In this document: positions 1 to 12,123 of the stretch, in pieces
Layout of the letters: each line of letters starts with the position of its first letter
How positions within the stretch are numbered: position 1 is the stretch's first letter
Source: Camelus dromedarius
Taxonomy: Eukaryota
Reading direction: 5' to 3'
Length of the DNA: 64,000 bases
Assembly: GCF_036321535.1 (NCBI RefSeq)
Contig: NC_087437.1
Coordinates: 26,786,001 to 26,850,000 of the forward strand
Position numbers and translations under genes: made by a program
Notes under the pieces: model-generated
Seen by the model: the letters and a program-made list of their open reading frames with translations, nothing else
What the model was told of the DNA's origin: nothing
The model's database searches: none

Positions 1-1040
1 TCCTTGAGTCAAATGTTGTTAAAACTTGATATGTTGAAAAAACTGACCAAAGGAAGCTCCAGGCAAAGGGAAGAAAACTTCTAGAATTTTCCATGAGCTG
101 GTATGTCTTCAGATTGAAAATTATGTAAATATAAACTTCTCTGACCCCTTCATGAAATAGAGGTTTTTCTTTGAAAAAGAATCATTTATACAATTACTCA
201 CGCCATAAAGAAATCTCTTTGATTCTATCTTTGCTAGGAGTTACAGGGCTATTTTCCATTCCCACCTACAATATTAACATACCATGGCATGAAGTACACA
301 ACTGTATAAAACCAAAAATGTGTTCAAAAGCCACCACAGAGATGGAATCAAAAAAAGAAGCAATTCTTGCAGAATATTCTGATGATAAAAATGATGCCAG
401 ACTCAGAGACTATTTAGGGACTTAAAGTCCAACGTTTATGTAGTTTATAAAGTCCTGTTTCTAAATGAGAAAATTGAGACCCAAGGCACTCTGCTATTTG
501 CCTAAAGTTTTAAAGGCAAAAACCATTTGTTTATATCAACAAACACTTACAGAACATCTGTTCTATAGCTGGTGCTAAAGATGTTCTGGAATAAAGAGAT
601 ACAAGACATAGTTCTTTTCCGCCCCTTTTCCCCACCTGCCCAAGTAGTTCACAGTCCAGCACAGATGACTTTCTAGGAAGCAGACATACAGAGTGATAGG
701 CATCTTGATACAGGAAGCCACAAGGTGAATCCAAACACCCAGAGAGCAAGAAATCAGGTAAAATTCTCTGGATAGGGTGGACCTTGAAGCTGGACCCAAG
801 GAGCCAGTCCATTTTCTCAGGATGTCCTCCTTTCCTGATCAGCTCCTTTACTTCTTTAAGAATAAGCTCCCTAGTCTTCCAGCATTCACAGTAGACTATG
901 TCTACTGTTAAAACATTTGGCATTTGAGTTTTATTTTTGTCCATGAATGATTGTTTCTCTAGGTCAGGATATGGTGCTAGAAGAGTGAAAGCCACAAAGG
1001 GAAGGAAACCAAACCAGCCGCTTAAAAAACCATCTCACAC

Positions 1041-1059
1041 TGGCCACAAGGGGGAGCAG
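1041..1059 (+). promoter_or_regulatory. Candidate CTCF site
   Basis: TGGCCACAAGGGGGAGCAG matches the consensus TGGCCACCAGGGGGCGCTA at 15/19 positions. Confidence 0.55.
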
Positions 1060-2249
1060 GTTAGAGATGGCTGAATTCGGGCAAATAGTTCATCACTCTT
1101 AACTAAAAACTACTAGCAGGCAGCTTAGTGTTGTGGGGCACCAGCAGAACCTTCCTATAAATGACAGCTTTGCTTACTGAGTTATTCATTTTATCCATCT
1201 GTGTAATTTTAACAATTATTTCAACACACAGGGAAAAAATAGGAAGTCTTCAGGAAAGAATACTTAAAACAAAAATTCACTAATGCAAGCATTTATTGAG
1301 TTCCTGTTATTTGCCATGGAGATTTTTAAATGATATTTGAATCATACTTTAAACCTTTTTTAAGGAGTTTTGGTCTTTGGAATTTTCTCCTTTAATTATT
1401 TGTTTATCCAGCCCCTACCTTCAAGGCATTCTAGAAGGACAATTACATAAATATCAACTCCAGTATGACACTGTGAAAATTACAATTACCCTGTGGACAA
1501 GAGTGGATCAACCTATAGAGGATGGAGCCCCACTGATTGAAGGGGAACAAAAGATTAGGTATTGATGAAACACGAGAAGAGTGGTTGTCAAACATCCTCA
1601 TAACAACCATAAATGACTCAAAGTTATCAAAAGTGGGATTTCTGGATATTTTAAATTTGTGTGTCATGCCAGAGTGTGTAGAGTTGGAGAGTGGTGTCAG
1701 AAGTTCATTTATTCATTCATAAAGGCAGTGAGCTCTTCCTTGTCCTCTAGGCTCTAAACAAATTGGCTATCTTCTGGACCTCTGGAAGAGAGATCACATT
1801 TCTGACCAAAACTTAGGGCCCATGTTCTGACAAATATAGTATCTTTATGGGGAAAATGCATTAAAGATTTAAAATCAGGGTTGTCACAGAAAATTCAGGG
1901 TGTATGGTTGCAATGGCCAGCAAAGTTCTATGGGCTTCCTGAAGGGGAGAAAAATTCCTCGTGGACAAGGAAGTCTTTTGGCCTCAAGATTAATGTGATA
2001 AACAGCAAATTATGGATCAATACCTGGTCACTTCAGACCTAGTTCAAACTCATTCCCTGTCAGCTGCACTCATTAGGCTCAACGGAGCAAAGTAATTTTC
2101 CACTGCAAATAGATCCCACCTTAAGACTATATTATAAAGATCTAGCAAAGAGCTCTCATTTCTGGGAAATCTAGAAGTTGTTTTTTTGTTTGTTCATTTT
2201 TCTCTAATCTACTCCAGTCTATAAACATTTGTATTTTCACCAGTTTTAC

Positions 2250-2490
2250 TGGAGGAACTATTCACCAGATATTTGACTCTCCACAGTCTGACAAGTGGTC
2301 ATATTGCACTTCCTTGGCTCTTTTTGGTTGGCTTAGGCCACGTGAATATTTCTGACAAGTTGAAAAAAATGAAATAAATCAGAGCATTTAAATGCTGTTT
2401 GGAGAGTCTTCAGAGCACTCTGTTGTCTCTGCACAGAGGTCAGCTCCGTTCAAGATGGTGGCCGCTCTGTCAGCCAAGGTCAGCGAGGGA
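2250..2490 (+). mobile_element. MaLR LTR fragment (MLT1I/J-like)
   Basis: Motifs gagcatttaaatgct and caagatggtggccgctctgtcagcc resemble the MLT1I consensus. Confidence 0.5.
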
Positions 2491-2859
2491 AGGGAGATTT
2501 AACCTTTCTCTTAGGGTCTGCAGCCAGACCTAATTTCCTTCAAGAAGCAGTCCCCTAACCTTGTGTTTTCAATGACTGCTATTGGTCTTCTTTTATCATC
2601 CCAAGACTGTTGTGGTCTCTCCCCCTCCCCTCTCTGCCTTAAAATCACAGGGTATCATCTCCAAAGATCAAACTTATTTATGTCCCCCGTTGATTTCTTG
2701 GAAGTTTCTTTACCAATCTGGGAAATATTTTTCTTTCTCTTTGGTCTACAACATTGACTGAAAGTCAGAACAGAAACTGTACTTAACAATAAAATGACAG
2801 CCAGTGGGGGAAGAGACTTAAAACTTGAACTGCTCTCTTGGGGATGGGATATGGAGGCA

Positions 2860-2990
2860 ATTGCAATAGAGTGAAAAGAGAAGTGATCCAGGAGTCAGGA
2901 CACAGGCTGGAGTTCTGGCTTTGCTGCTAAATATCAGGGTGTGCTGTACAAGTCACTTGTTCAACATGGGCCTCAATCTGTCCATCTTAG
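2860..2990 (+). mobile_element. MIR SINE fragment
   Basis: MIR core-like ggagtcagga...caagtcactt...gggcctcaatctgtccatct. Confidence 0.55.
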
Positions 2991-4052
2991 GAAGTAACAA
3001 TAGTGAATATTTGTTGAGCATCTGTAATGATTCCAGATACTGTTCTAAGATGTTTAAATGGAGAAGGATGAAAAGATTGGCGTTTTTCAGACTTTACTTT
3101 TATTCAAGGGAACCCTTTCATAAAATAAAGTCTCACATGGCTTCCCAATACATACAGCAGATAAAAGAGGAATACCTCTTCCACTTGTAAGTTGAAATCT
3201 GTTACCTTTCCTCATGAGCCAGTAGAAAAGATCACAATTTGTGACCACCATTGCACCAAACTTTGATCTATAACACGTTTCAATACCGTGTGTTTCCTTA
3301 GTTTTAAAAATAACTAAACATAAATTCACTCAAATGCCTGTGGATCCCTGAAAGAAGGTCTGTGGGATCCTTGGTTTCCACAGAGCACAATTAAAAAGCC
3401 ACTGGACGAGTTTATCTCTGAGGTCCCTTCTGAATCTCATGTTCTTTCTACATCTGAGTTTGGCTCAAATGGCAAAAAGTGCTGCCAAGAATACACACAG
3501 ACCATCACCCTTCATGAAGGACTATGCGTCCTTTGCGATTTTCCCATAGACAAATGCCCAATACTAAAAAACTACCATTATGACTAGTCCTAATTTTGTC
3601 TGGCCTTCAACAAGTGTTGGTGACCAGTAGTAGTGCTATGGCTGTGACAGTCACAGCTGCTTTGGGTTTCAGCGTATATCCCCTGGGTCATTCCAGAAGT
3701 TAAGTCAAGCTCAGTGCACTTTTGGATGTTGTCAGACCTGTAATCCAGGGAAGAGGAAGCCTGAAATGACATCATATAGTGAACGTCAACAATGCTGCTT
3801 GGATGGAAAGAGGAGATCCCATCCCACTACTTACCTGTGTGATCCTGGCTAGTCACTTAATTTCTTTTGTTTGTTTGTTTGTTTTTGTTTTTGCTGTTTT
3901 GCTAGTCACTTAATATTTGGGGGCCTTGTTTCTTGAACCAGAGATCAACTCTATGTCTTTTCGAGCGGAAGCTTTCTTTAGTCTCTAGTTAGTTGGCATC
4001 CCTCTGTGACCAGCTACACTGCCTTGTATCTTCATTGCTTCTCAGTTACCAG

Positions 4053-5601
4053 CAGGGCTGGCTTCATGGACCTGCATCCTGTGCATACAAAGGGCCTTAC
4101 AATCAGAGGGCCCTGTGCTTGGTTTAATGCTATGCCTTTGCCATCTTGAAATTCTTAATAATTTTATCTTTTAACTTATGTTTTGTAAGTGAAGTCTAAT
4201 GGGATAATGGAGGGCAACTATAAATAGAAGGGATACAGGCAAGACGCATGTCCACCACTGTTCCTTGCCACCCCATTAGCACGGCATTCAAGATGCCCAC
4301 TGACACAGAATCCCAGTGAACCCACAATGCATGGGAGTTCAGCAAGACCCGGTGAAAGTACGAAGTGTGTTATGTCTGTGACCAAGTAAACAGGGGTGCT
4401 GACAGCTCGGAGAGGCCAAGCTTTCTATTCGAATCAGAACTTTGCTGTAAACACAGGAAAAAAGGCAATGGCTTTCTAAAACACAAACAAGGAGATACAA
4501 GACCTAAACAGACACCTCACCAAGGAAGATATACAAATGGCAAATACATATATGAAAAGATACTCACCATCATATGTCATTAGGGAATTACAAATTAAAA
4601 CAACAGTGATATACTACTGTCTTAGTAGAGTGCTGCAAGGATGTAGAGGAAGAGAAACTCTCATTCATTGCTAATGGGAATGCCAAAGTGGTCTTCAGCC
4701 ACTTTTGAAGACAGTTTGATGGTTTCAGAAAAGCTAAATGTAGTTTTACAATATGATCCAGCAGTTGCACTAGATGTTTATCCAAATGAGTTGAAAACGT
4801 ATGTTCACACAAAGAAAACTACAAATGAATAGTTGTCAAAAATTGGAAGCAACTGAGATGTCCTTCAACAAGTGAATGGATAAACAAACTGCGGTACACT
4901 CACACATTGGAATATAATACAGCAATAAAAAGAAATGCGCTATCAAGCTACTAAAAGTCATGGAGGAGGAATCTTAAATGTTTGTTGCCAAGTAAAAGAA
5001 GGTAGACTGAAAAAGCTACATTTTGTGTAATTCCAACTATATGACATTCTGGGAAAGGCCAAACTATAGAGACAGTGAAAAGATCAAGTGGTTGTCAGGA
5101 ACTTGGGGGAGGGTTGGGGAGGAATGAATAAATGTAGCACAAGGGAATTGTAGGGCAATGAAACTACCTTGTGTGATACTGTAATGCTGGATATGTAACC
5201 ATGCATCTGTCAAAACCCATAGAACTGTACAACACTAGGAGTGGGTAAATTAGTTAAGTTAATTAGGACTTAGTTAATAATTATGTATCAATATTGATAA
5301 CAAATGTAACACACTAATGCAAATAAATACACTAATAAAAGGGGAAACTGGGGGTGGGGGAGGGAAAATGGGAACTCTCTGTACTTTCTGCTAGATTTTG
5401 CTGTAAATCTAAAACCACTCTAAAAAATTATTAGTTAAAAAAGGAACAACATCATGACCAGTTAAGAAAGAGAGGGCATGGAATAAAAGAAAAGCTTTAT
5501 ATCTTAATACCTTCAGTAGTATTTTTTTCTTGGTTTTTTTGAACAAGGGACCCCACAGTTTTACCTTGCCTTGGGACCTGAAAATTATGTACCTGGCCCT
5601 G
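4053..5601 (+). mobile_element. MER45-family hAT-Tip100 DNA transposon, interrupted by an L1
   Basis: 5' end cagggctggcttcatgg...gccatcttgaaattcttaataatt and 3' end ttgaacaagggacccc...aaattatgtacctggccctg match the MER45 termini. The ends are inverted repeats (cagggc / gccctg). Confidence 0.8.
4493..5442 (+). mobile_element. L1MC-like LINE-1 3' fragment inserted in MER45
   Basis: ORF2-end/3'UTR motifs (gacctaaacagacacctcaccaaggaagatatacaaatggc; gaatggataaacaaactg; ctgtactttctgct...ctaaaaccactctaaaaa) followed by an A-rich end. Confidence 0.8.
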
Positions 5602-5617
5602 TTTATCACTTTGTATG

Positions 5618-5873
5618 AATAATAATAGCTAATGTTTATTGAGCACATACTATGCACCAGGCACTGTTAGGCACTTTTCCCATGTTATTTCACATAGTAT
5701 TTGCAACAATCCTATGAGGTAGGCACTATTTTCATGCCCACTTAGAAATAAGAAAATCGAAAGAAAAAATCAAAGAGTCAAGTGTGTTGATCAAAGTCAT
5801 TTAGCTGGTAGGAGAAAGAGTCAAACTTGAACCAAGCCATCTGATTTCAGAGTCAGTCCCAGCTCCTAACCAC
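5618..5873 (-). mobile_element. MIR SINE
   Basis: aataatagctaatgtttattgagcac...caacaatcctatgaggtaggcactatt...ctcctaaccac. Confidence 0.75.
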
Positions 5874-6496
5874 CAGCTCCAACCCCTGCCATCTTAGCTG
5901 TCAAGCTTTCTGAGCTACTTCTTTAACTATACCACTGATCGCCAAATATAAACCACGCTGATTGCAGCTCTCAGGCATCTGCCAAAAGGACAGTCTCGTG
6001 ATTTTAATCATCTTGGGTGTAATGTGGAATATTCCCAACCAGCAGATACTTTTAACGAAGCCCCTCAAATTCTTTGGATGACACAAGCCATATAAATGCA
6101 CAAGAGTCTTATGAACATCATGGGCGGTACTTCTTTAGAAACCTATAAATCATGAAGGAATTAACTTTCTCTAAGAAAACGTGCAATGGAGACAAGCTTT
6201 TGTAAAGCAGACCTCGACAATTTTGATTTTGAACTGAGAAGACACATGTGAGATGTGAATGTCAGTAACAAAGTCAAAATGAATCTGCTCAGCTTCTTTG
6301 CAGAAGTTTTTTTTCCATACTTGCCCCTGCTTTTTTTTTTTTTTTTTTTAACTTGCTCAGCACATAACTATGGGGTTAAGCAAAGGAGACCTTTTCATCT
6401 GCATGGGTTTTGAGGTACAGTTGTCTGCAAAAAGTTCAGGGCTCTGAGCATCCCAAAGACCTCAGCTCTGTGGCACAGATGTGTGCCTCAACTTAC

Positions 6497-7055
6497 CAGA
6501 TCAATTCAGCTCTGGAGAAAATAATCTCTCGCAGCAACTGCTAATCTTAAAAGGAACCTGATATGATCTGGTCTGCTGAAGTGGGTTCTGTTCTTCTGAC
6601 GAAAAACCACATCTAACTGAGTGGTTGAGGCTGTCATGAGAGCCTTTGGAGGATTGAAGTAGATGTTTTTAATCCTGCTGGGATAGAGTGAGCTCGCCCA
6701 TACATCTCTGCTTCTTTGGTGCATGATGGAAGCATGGGGGATATGTTATGATAAAAATCCCAATTATGCCTTCCACCATCTGTTAATAGCATGTGCTTGT
6801 GGACACGTTGCCAGGAAATATCGAGAACAAAGGAATGAAAGGCTCTCATTCCACAGAAATGAATCTCAGCTCCTCTTGATGCTTGCTGGTTTGGTTACAG
6901 ATGTGTCCATGTCGGTAACACCCAGCCCCATATAGTGCAGAAGGCCGTGGCCTTGGGGAAGCTAGACCAATCCAGACCTGCTGGGAAGATGGACTCAGTG
7001 GAATGCGACACTGATGTTTTTCTTACAATGTCTCAAAAATACAATTAAAACAGAG
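6497..7055 (-). other. Candidate non-coding first exon (5' UTR) containing upstream ORFs; TSS approximate
   Basis: Minus-strand donor CTG|GTAAGT (plus strand acttacc, 6491-6497). The stretch is unique and repeat-free. A TATA-like CATATATG lies near 7081-7088. All ORFs inside it terminate before the donor. Confidence 0.6.
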
Positions 7056-7130
7056 AGAAAGAACCAACCAGCTCCCACTTCATATATGTATATGAGACTT
7101 GCTCACTGATAGAGTCATTAAAAAAAACAC
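7056..7130 (-). promoter_or_regulatory. Candidate core promoter (TATA-like element)
   Basis: Minus strand reads ...ATGACTCT...CTCATATACATATATGAAGTGGG..., about 30 nt upstream of a pyrimidine-rich possible initiator region. Position relative to the exon supports a promoter; motif match only. Confidence 0.35.
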
Positions 7131-8746
7131 AGTGCTTCTTGAAGAAAAGGCATGCACATGGCATGTTTTGAATCAAGTTTTATAAAAAGATAAAAATGTA
7201 CTATTTAAAATATGTAGCCTGGAACTATCATATCTTATTACATCAGGAGAATTTTTTCTTCAAGATGATTGAGAATAACTGTGATAGACATAAAACAATC
7301 TGTAGAAACAAGCGATAACTTCATATAACTAATATAGATAGATAACTAATAAATATATAATAACTAATCCATAATTACAATCCACATATAAATTCATTGA
7401 ACAATAATTTTCCACCTCTATCTAACTAAACTAGCATCACAATTAACAACTAGTAAAAATTCTACTATATTTTTGAGATTTGTCTATTTCACAATGTGAT
7501 CTTATAAAAGATCTGGACTTTTAAGAGATGTGTCTAAAGTACTACAAGATGAAAATTATTGAGTTCCAGGAAACCCATAGCATACATTAGAAGATGCCTG
7601 ATTTTCTCATTATAACATATAATCAGGGATCTTGTCATGCAGACCACATTCAGAAGTTCCTTGGTAAAGTCAGAAATGTATCTGTGAAACATGAGTTCCT
7701 CACCTACGTATAAAATAACAAAACTTAAATCTTATTTTTGCCCCTAAACATCCCTTTGATAATACCTTTGAGTTTTTAAATTAGACTAAAGTTTTCTTCT
7801 AGCACCATCACTAAATGATACTTTCCTACACCCACCTTGCCAAAATTCACTTCCTTCCCCTCCGGCAAGCATCCCTTCTCCAGAGACTACTGGCATTGCC
7901 TTTCCTTTGTCAGGTGAGCTGCATGCTGCCCTACATCCACCTGAAAGCTGACTGTCCCCAAGAGGAAGGTCACACAGAAGATCTTGATTAGAATAAAATT
8001 CATGCATCATTTTATAGTGTAACTTAATGTAGAGATGAAGAAACTAATGCCCCCAAAGTCAAATGATCATCATGCAGCTTTTTAGTTTAGCTGCTAAAAA
8101 CAGAACTTCTAATTCTCATTCTCGTGTTCTTTCTATTACATTGGCTGCCTTTATCCATTTCTTATCTCTACCCTTCCCCTCACCAACTCCTAACAGAACC
8201 CCTGGCCCTAGTCAAATTGTAATGGTTAACTCTTCAACCCCATTCTCACGGGACTGAATGAGGGAGGGAGGAAAAGCATTCCCCTTCCATTCTTTCTTCC
8301 CATATCTCTTCCCTCTGTCCCCACTGTACACAAAAGCCCTTTTAAAAAGATTAAAACAAAAACAAAAACAAACAAAAAAAAAGGGTTAAAATCTAGTCGT
8401 ATTATTTTTAATGGATTTTTAAATTAAGAACTTTACATCTAATTCCTGTAGAATCCTTGAAAGATACAATTATAATAAGTAAGACAAAAATCACATATGA
8501 ATGCACCAACCCAAAGATAACCCGTGAAGATATTGACCTATATTCTTTCTAATATTTTTTCAATATGTAACTATGTTTTAATATTATTTAGACTGTCCTA
8601 GAGATAAGGTTTTAATTCCAGCTTTTTTCCTCATGTCACTAAAAATAATTTAAAGCAGACTTGTAACGATTGCCTATATTTTATTATAAACTCTGTATTG
8701 AAAGGGTTGCTGACTCCTGGTTAATCATTATAACGGATTCTGTCTT

Positions 8747-8938
8747 AGTAGAGTACTGGTAAACTGGCTTTCTAGGGGGAAAAAACAGCCCTAATTTGTA
8801 GCATTTTCCAATCTCCATGGTGTATGACTCGTATGACTGATTTCAAGCCACCAAGATTTAACAAATGACTCACAAAATTTTCTGAAATTTTAACAATAGC
8901 TCTTATAAGTTGGTCTGAGCCGTGGCCGCACACCACTG
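8747..8938 (-). mobile_element. MER63A-like hAT-Blackjack DNA transposon
   Basis: Terminal gcacaccactg. Internal ccctaatttgtagcattt and ctcacaaaattttctgaaattttaacaat match MER63 in reverse. Confidence 0.7.
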
Positions 8939-9963
8939 GCTGTGTGTCGTATCTCTGCTCTCAAGACGCCAACACTTAAGCAGGGTGGCAAAGAGACCCT
9001 CAGTAAGCAAGGAAATAGCCTTTAAACCCATGGCTGCCTCAGTATTCTCAGTGTTTTCCTCTAGCTGTGTTCCTAGCTGACGGTCTTCGCTGAGTGACCC
9101 ATCTCAACTAACGACCTCAGGAAAAGACTGGCAAGCGACTTGGAATATCCTTCTGTACGTCTCTTCATGCTCCTTATCCTGGTCTCTGCGAATCCCTTCC
9201 CCTTGGCTTTGCTTCCTGCTTCTCGTTGCTTTTCAGTCCTAATGGTTTCCAGCTGTGTAACTTCTATTCTGTATAGTTACGTATGTTTTGAACATGGAAG
9301 AAGACAGTCAATCTGAAATTTGAAAAAAATAATAAGTAACACGTAACTAACTTTGTGGGTAGGTGGAAGGAGTTCTCAATCAGCTTTTTTTTTTTTATCT
9401 ATTCACTGACTGCTGAACTGTTCTTTAAAAAAAAAAAAAAGTCCTGAAACGGTTACATTACCATCAAATGCAAAGCTTCTCTGAAAGTCTGATTACCTAG
9501 AATGGATTCTGTTGTCCATGAGCTTCAGAATGAATGTGTGGAATTTGAATTTGAAATGTCTCATATATCATCATATTATTATAACTCTTGGTCCCCTTAG
9601 CTAGGTAAAACATTAAGTAAAAATTTCAGATTCTATCTGAATTCATCTCATTTCCTCACAAAGCTTAGTGCAGTGCCTAAGTGCATTAACATTTGTTAAA
9701 TGTTTATTTGTTAATGAACCTTTCTTAAATGAATGAAGACTGCCATGGAGCATAAAATGAATAGCAGTAGAGAAAAGGTCAAATATTACGGTGTTAATTG
9801 CGTCGTAAATAAAACTTAGGAAGTGAAAGGACCTGGGTTGAAATCCCAGTTCCCTGTTTACCAGCTGTGTGACCTTGAATGAGTCATTCAATCTTTCTGA
9901 GCCTCTGTTTCCTCATCTTAAATATTTGGATAATACTTATTTTTATAGGGTGAGATTATGAGG

Positions 9964-10842
9964 GGTTATCTATTGCTATGTAACCAACTACCCAAAACAG
10001 TGCTTTAAAACAGCTATTTATTTTACTTTCAATATTGTAGGTCAGGAATTTAGAGAAGGCTCAGCCAGGCAATTTGTCTCTGTTCCAAGTGGCATCAGTT
10101 GAGCGGGCTGGGCTGGAGGTCTGAGATGCAGGGCATGGTATACATTCATGCATGTCAGCACCAAAGTGCCTCCTGGCCTTTCCCTCTCATCTCTAGGGTG
10201 GGGGGTTGGCAAACTTTTCCAGTAAGAGGCCAGATAATGAATGTTTTAGGCTTTGAGGGCCATATGTTCTCTCTCACAACTATTCAACTCTGCCATCAGA
10301 GCATAAAAGCAACCATAGACAGTAATGTAAACCAACGAGTGTGCCCACGTTCCAATAAAACTTTATTTGTGACATTGACTCTTAAACTTTATATACTTTT
10401 CACGTGTCACAAAATCTTCTTCTTCTTTTGAGTTTTTTCCCTGCAACCATTAAAAAATGTGAAGACCATTCTTGGCCCAAAGGCCATACAAAACAGGCAG
10501 TGGGCTAGATTTGGCCCACGGGCTTATAGTTTGCTGACTCCCTACTCTAGGGCCTTTACCTACAGCTTGGGCTTCTCACAGCATTGATGGCCACACTTCT
10601 TAGGAAATGGCTGGCTTCCAACAACAAGTGTTCTAAAGGCAGGAAGTGGAGGCAGCTAGGCCCTTAAGGCCTGGCTGCTGAAACTGGCAGAGTGTCACTT
10701 GGACCATTTTCTCTTGGTCCACAGAGATCAAAGTGGGTGGAGAAATTAACTTGCCTTGATGGGGAAACAGCAAGGTCACGATGTGAAGGAGCAAGTGGAA
10801 AGAAGGGAGATGTTATTGTGACTACAAATACGGTCTACCACA
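9964..10842 (-). mobile_element. MaLR MLT1 LTR, interrupted by MER58B
   Basis: gttatctattgctatgtaacc...ggtcaggaattt at the left end and ...ctaccaca at the right end. Flanked by tgagg at 9959-9963 and 10843-10847. Confidence 0.7.
10199..10544 (+). mobile_element. MER58B hAT-Charlie DNA transposon
   Basis: ggggttggcaaactttt...ggccagataatgaatgttttaggctttg...gttccaataaaactttattt...tagtttgctgactcc. Perfect 8-bp TSD CTCTAGGG at 10191-10198 and 10545-10552. Confidence 0.85.
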
Positions 10843-11914
10843 TGAGGATCCGGAATGATGTTTATACGGGACCTTCCTCATGATAGACATTCAGTGAATG
10901 ATGACTCATGTTGCCATTGATAGCACCATTGTTAACTTTGAGAGGAGAGCAATTAGCGTTGAGATTCATACTGAGTTTCCTAGAGGAGAAAGTTAGTGTA
11001 AAATTGTCCAAAACTAGGCTTTTAAGAACTTCTCACTTATATTTTCCTCATCTGCAGTAATGGGGCTTACAAGAGTATCTGTATTTCAGAGTGGTTTTGA
11101 GAAGTTAATGAAATAAGAAAAAAGAAAAGTGTTTAGGTAGAACAGGCCTGGTACGAATGCAGTAACTGTTGATATAATAATAATTATTATTAAAGTTATT
11201 ATTATTTTATGATTTGAAAAGAATTTATTGTTTTCAGTTATCTAGGCTTCTCTAAAACATCTAAAACCTAGACTCTAGAGTGCAGCAAGGTGCCAAATCA
11301 CCTTGCCGATAACCTCAGGAATTACTAACTGATACATCTGAGAAAAAAATGTTTAAAAACTGGGTTTGCATTCTTAAAGACTAGGCATATAAAACTGATA
11401 ATTATAGATATATACATCCATTCATGAACAATTGCAATCAGATTTCGAGGTAAATTTTCCACCTGCTTTACGTATTTTTAACAACTAATGAACATGTTTT
11501 AGATGCATTTTACAGAAATAAAGTGCTCAGCAAATTTAAAATATTGCTATTGATCACTGTAATAGCAACGGCACAGGAAGAAAAACAACAGAAGAGAAAA
11601 GAAACTGATTCAGAATGGTAAATAGGGGGCAAACCGAAGCCTTTTGGGTTTAGTTGATTGGTATTGTTTTCAGTTGGTGAGTTTCTAAAATAAAGCGGCA
11701 ACTGGTTATAGGGATGGGGCACGAATGAAAGGTCTAAAAACTGCAACTAGATTCACAAGTAATAAATCTTAAATCTTGCTGTTTGATCACCCTTATCATT
11801 CAGAAGCCTGAGAAAATAGAAGAGCCCTCCATCCTGCCCAGAAGGTCAAGGACACACTTGGCATCATCAGCTCCACATTCCTAAGGGGAGGACCTTTCAA
11901 TGAGAATGATTCTT

Positions 11915-12123
11915 TTTTTTTTTTTTTTTTTTACTGTTTTTTTCAACATTTTCATTGATTTATAATCATTTTACAATGTGTCAAATTTCAATGTAGAGCA
12001 CAATTTTTCAGTTATGCACAAACATATATATATATAATTCATTGTCACATTTTTTTCTCTGTGAGCTACCATAAGATCTTGTATATATTTCCCTGTGCTA
12101 TACAGTCTAATCTTGTTTATCTG
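11915..12123 (-). mobile_element. Young 5'-truncated L1 (3' UTR + poly-A), camelid-type
   Basis: Long T tract followed by L1 3'UTR (tttccctgtgctatacagt). TSD tgagaatgattctt (11901-11914) / tgagaatgcttctt (12124-12137), 13/14 identical. Confidence 0.8.

Larger units (their letters stand above)
9800..10910 (+). mobile_element. MIR SINE split by an MLT1 LTR (pieces ~9800-9963 and ~10843-10910)
   Basis: MIR core gacctgggttgaaatcccag...ctgtgtgaccttg...ctgagcctctgtttcctcatct runs to tgagg and resumes with tgaggat after the LTR. Confidence 0.65.

Noticed and set aside
2452..2466. YY1-like motif CAAGATGGTGGC
   Set aside because: It lies within an MLT1-type LTR whose consensus already has similar sequence, so there is no independent support.
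7310..7470. G-poor, A/T-rich stretch resembling a NUMT
   Set aside because: I could not match it to any mitochondrial gene or tRNA. Base composition alone is insufficient; BLAST against a mitogenome would settle it.
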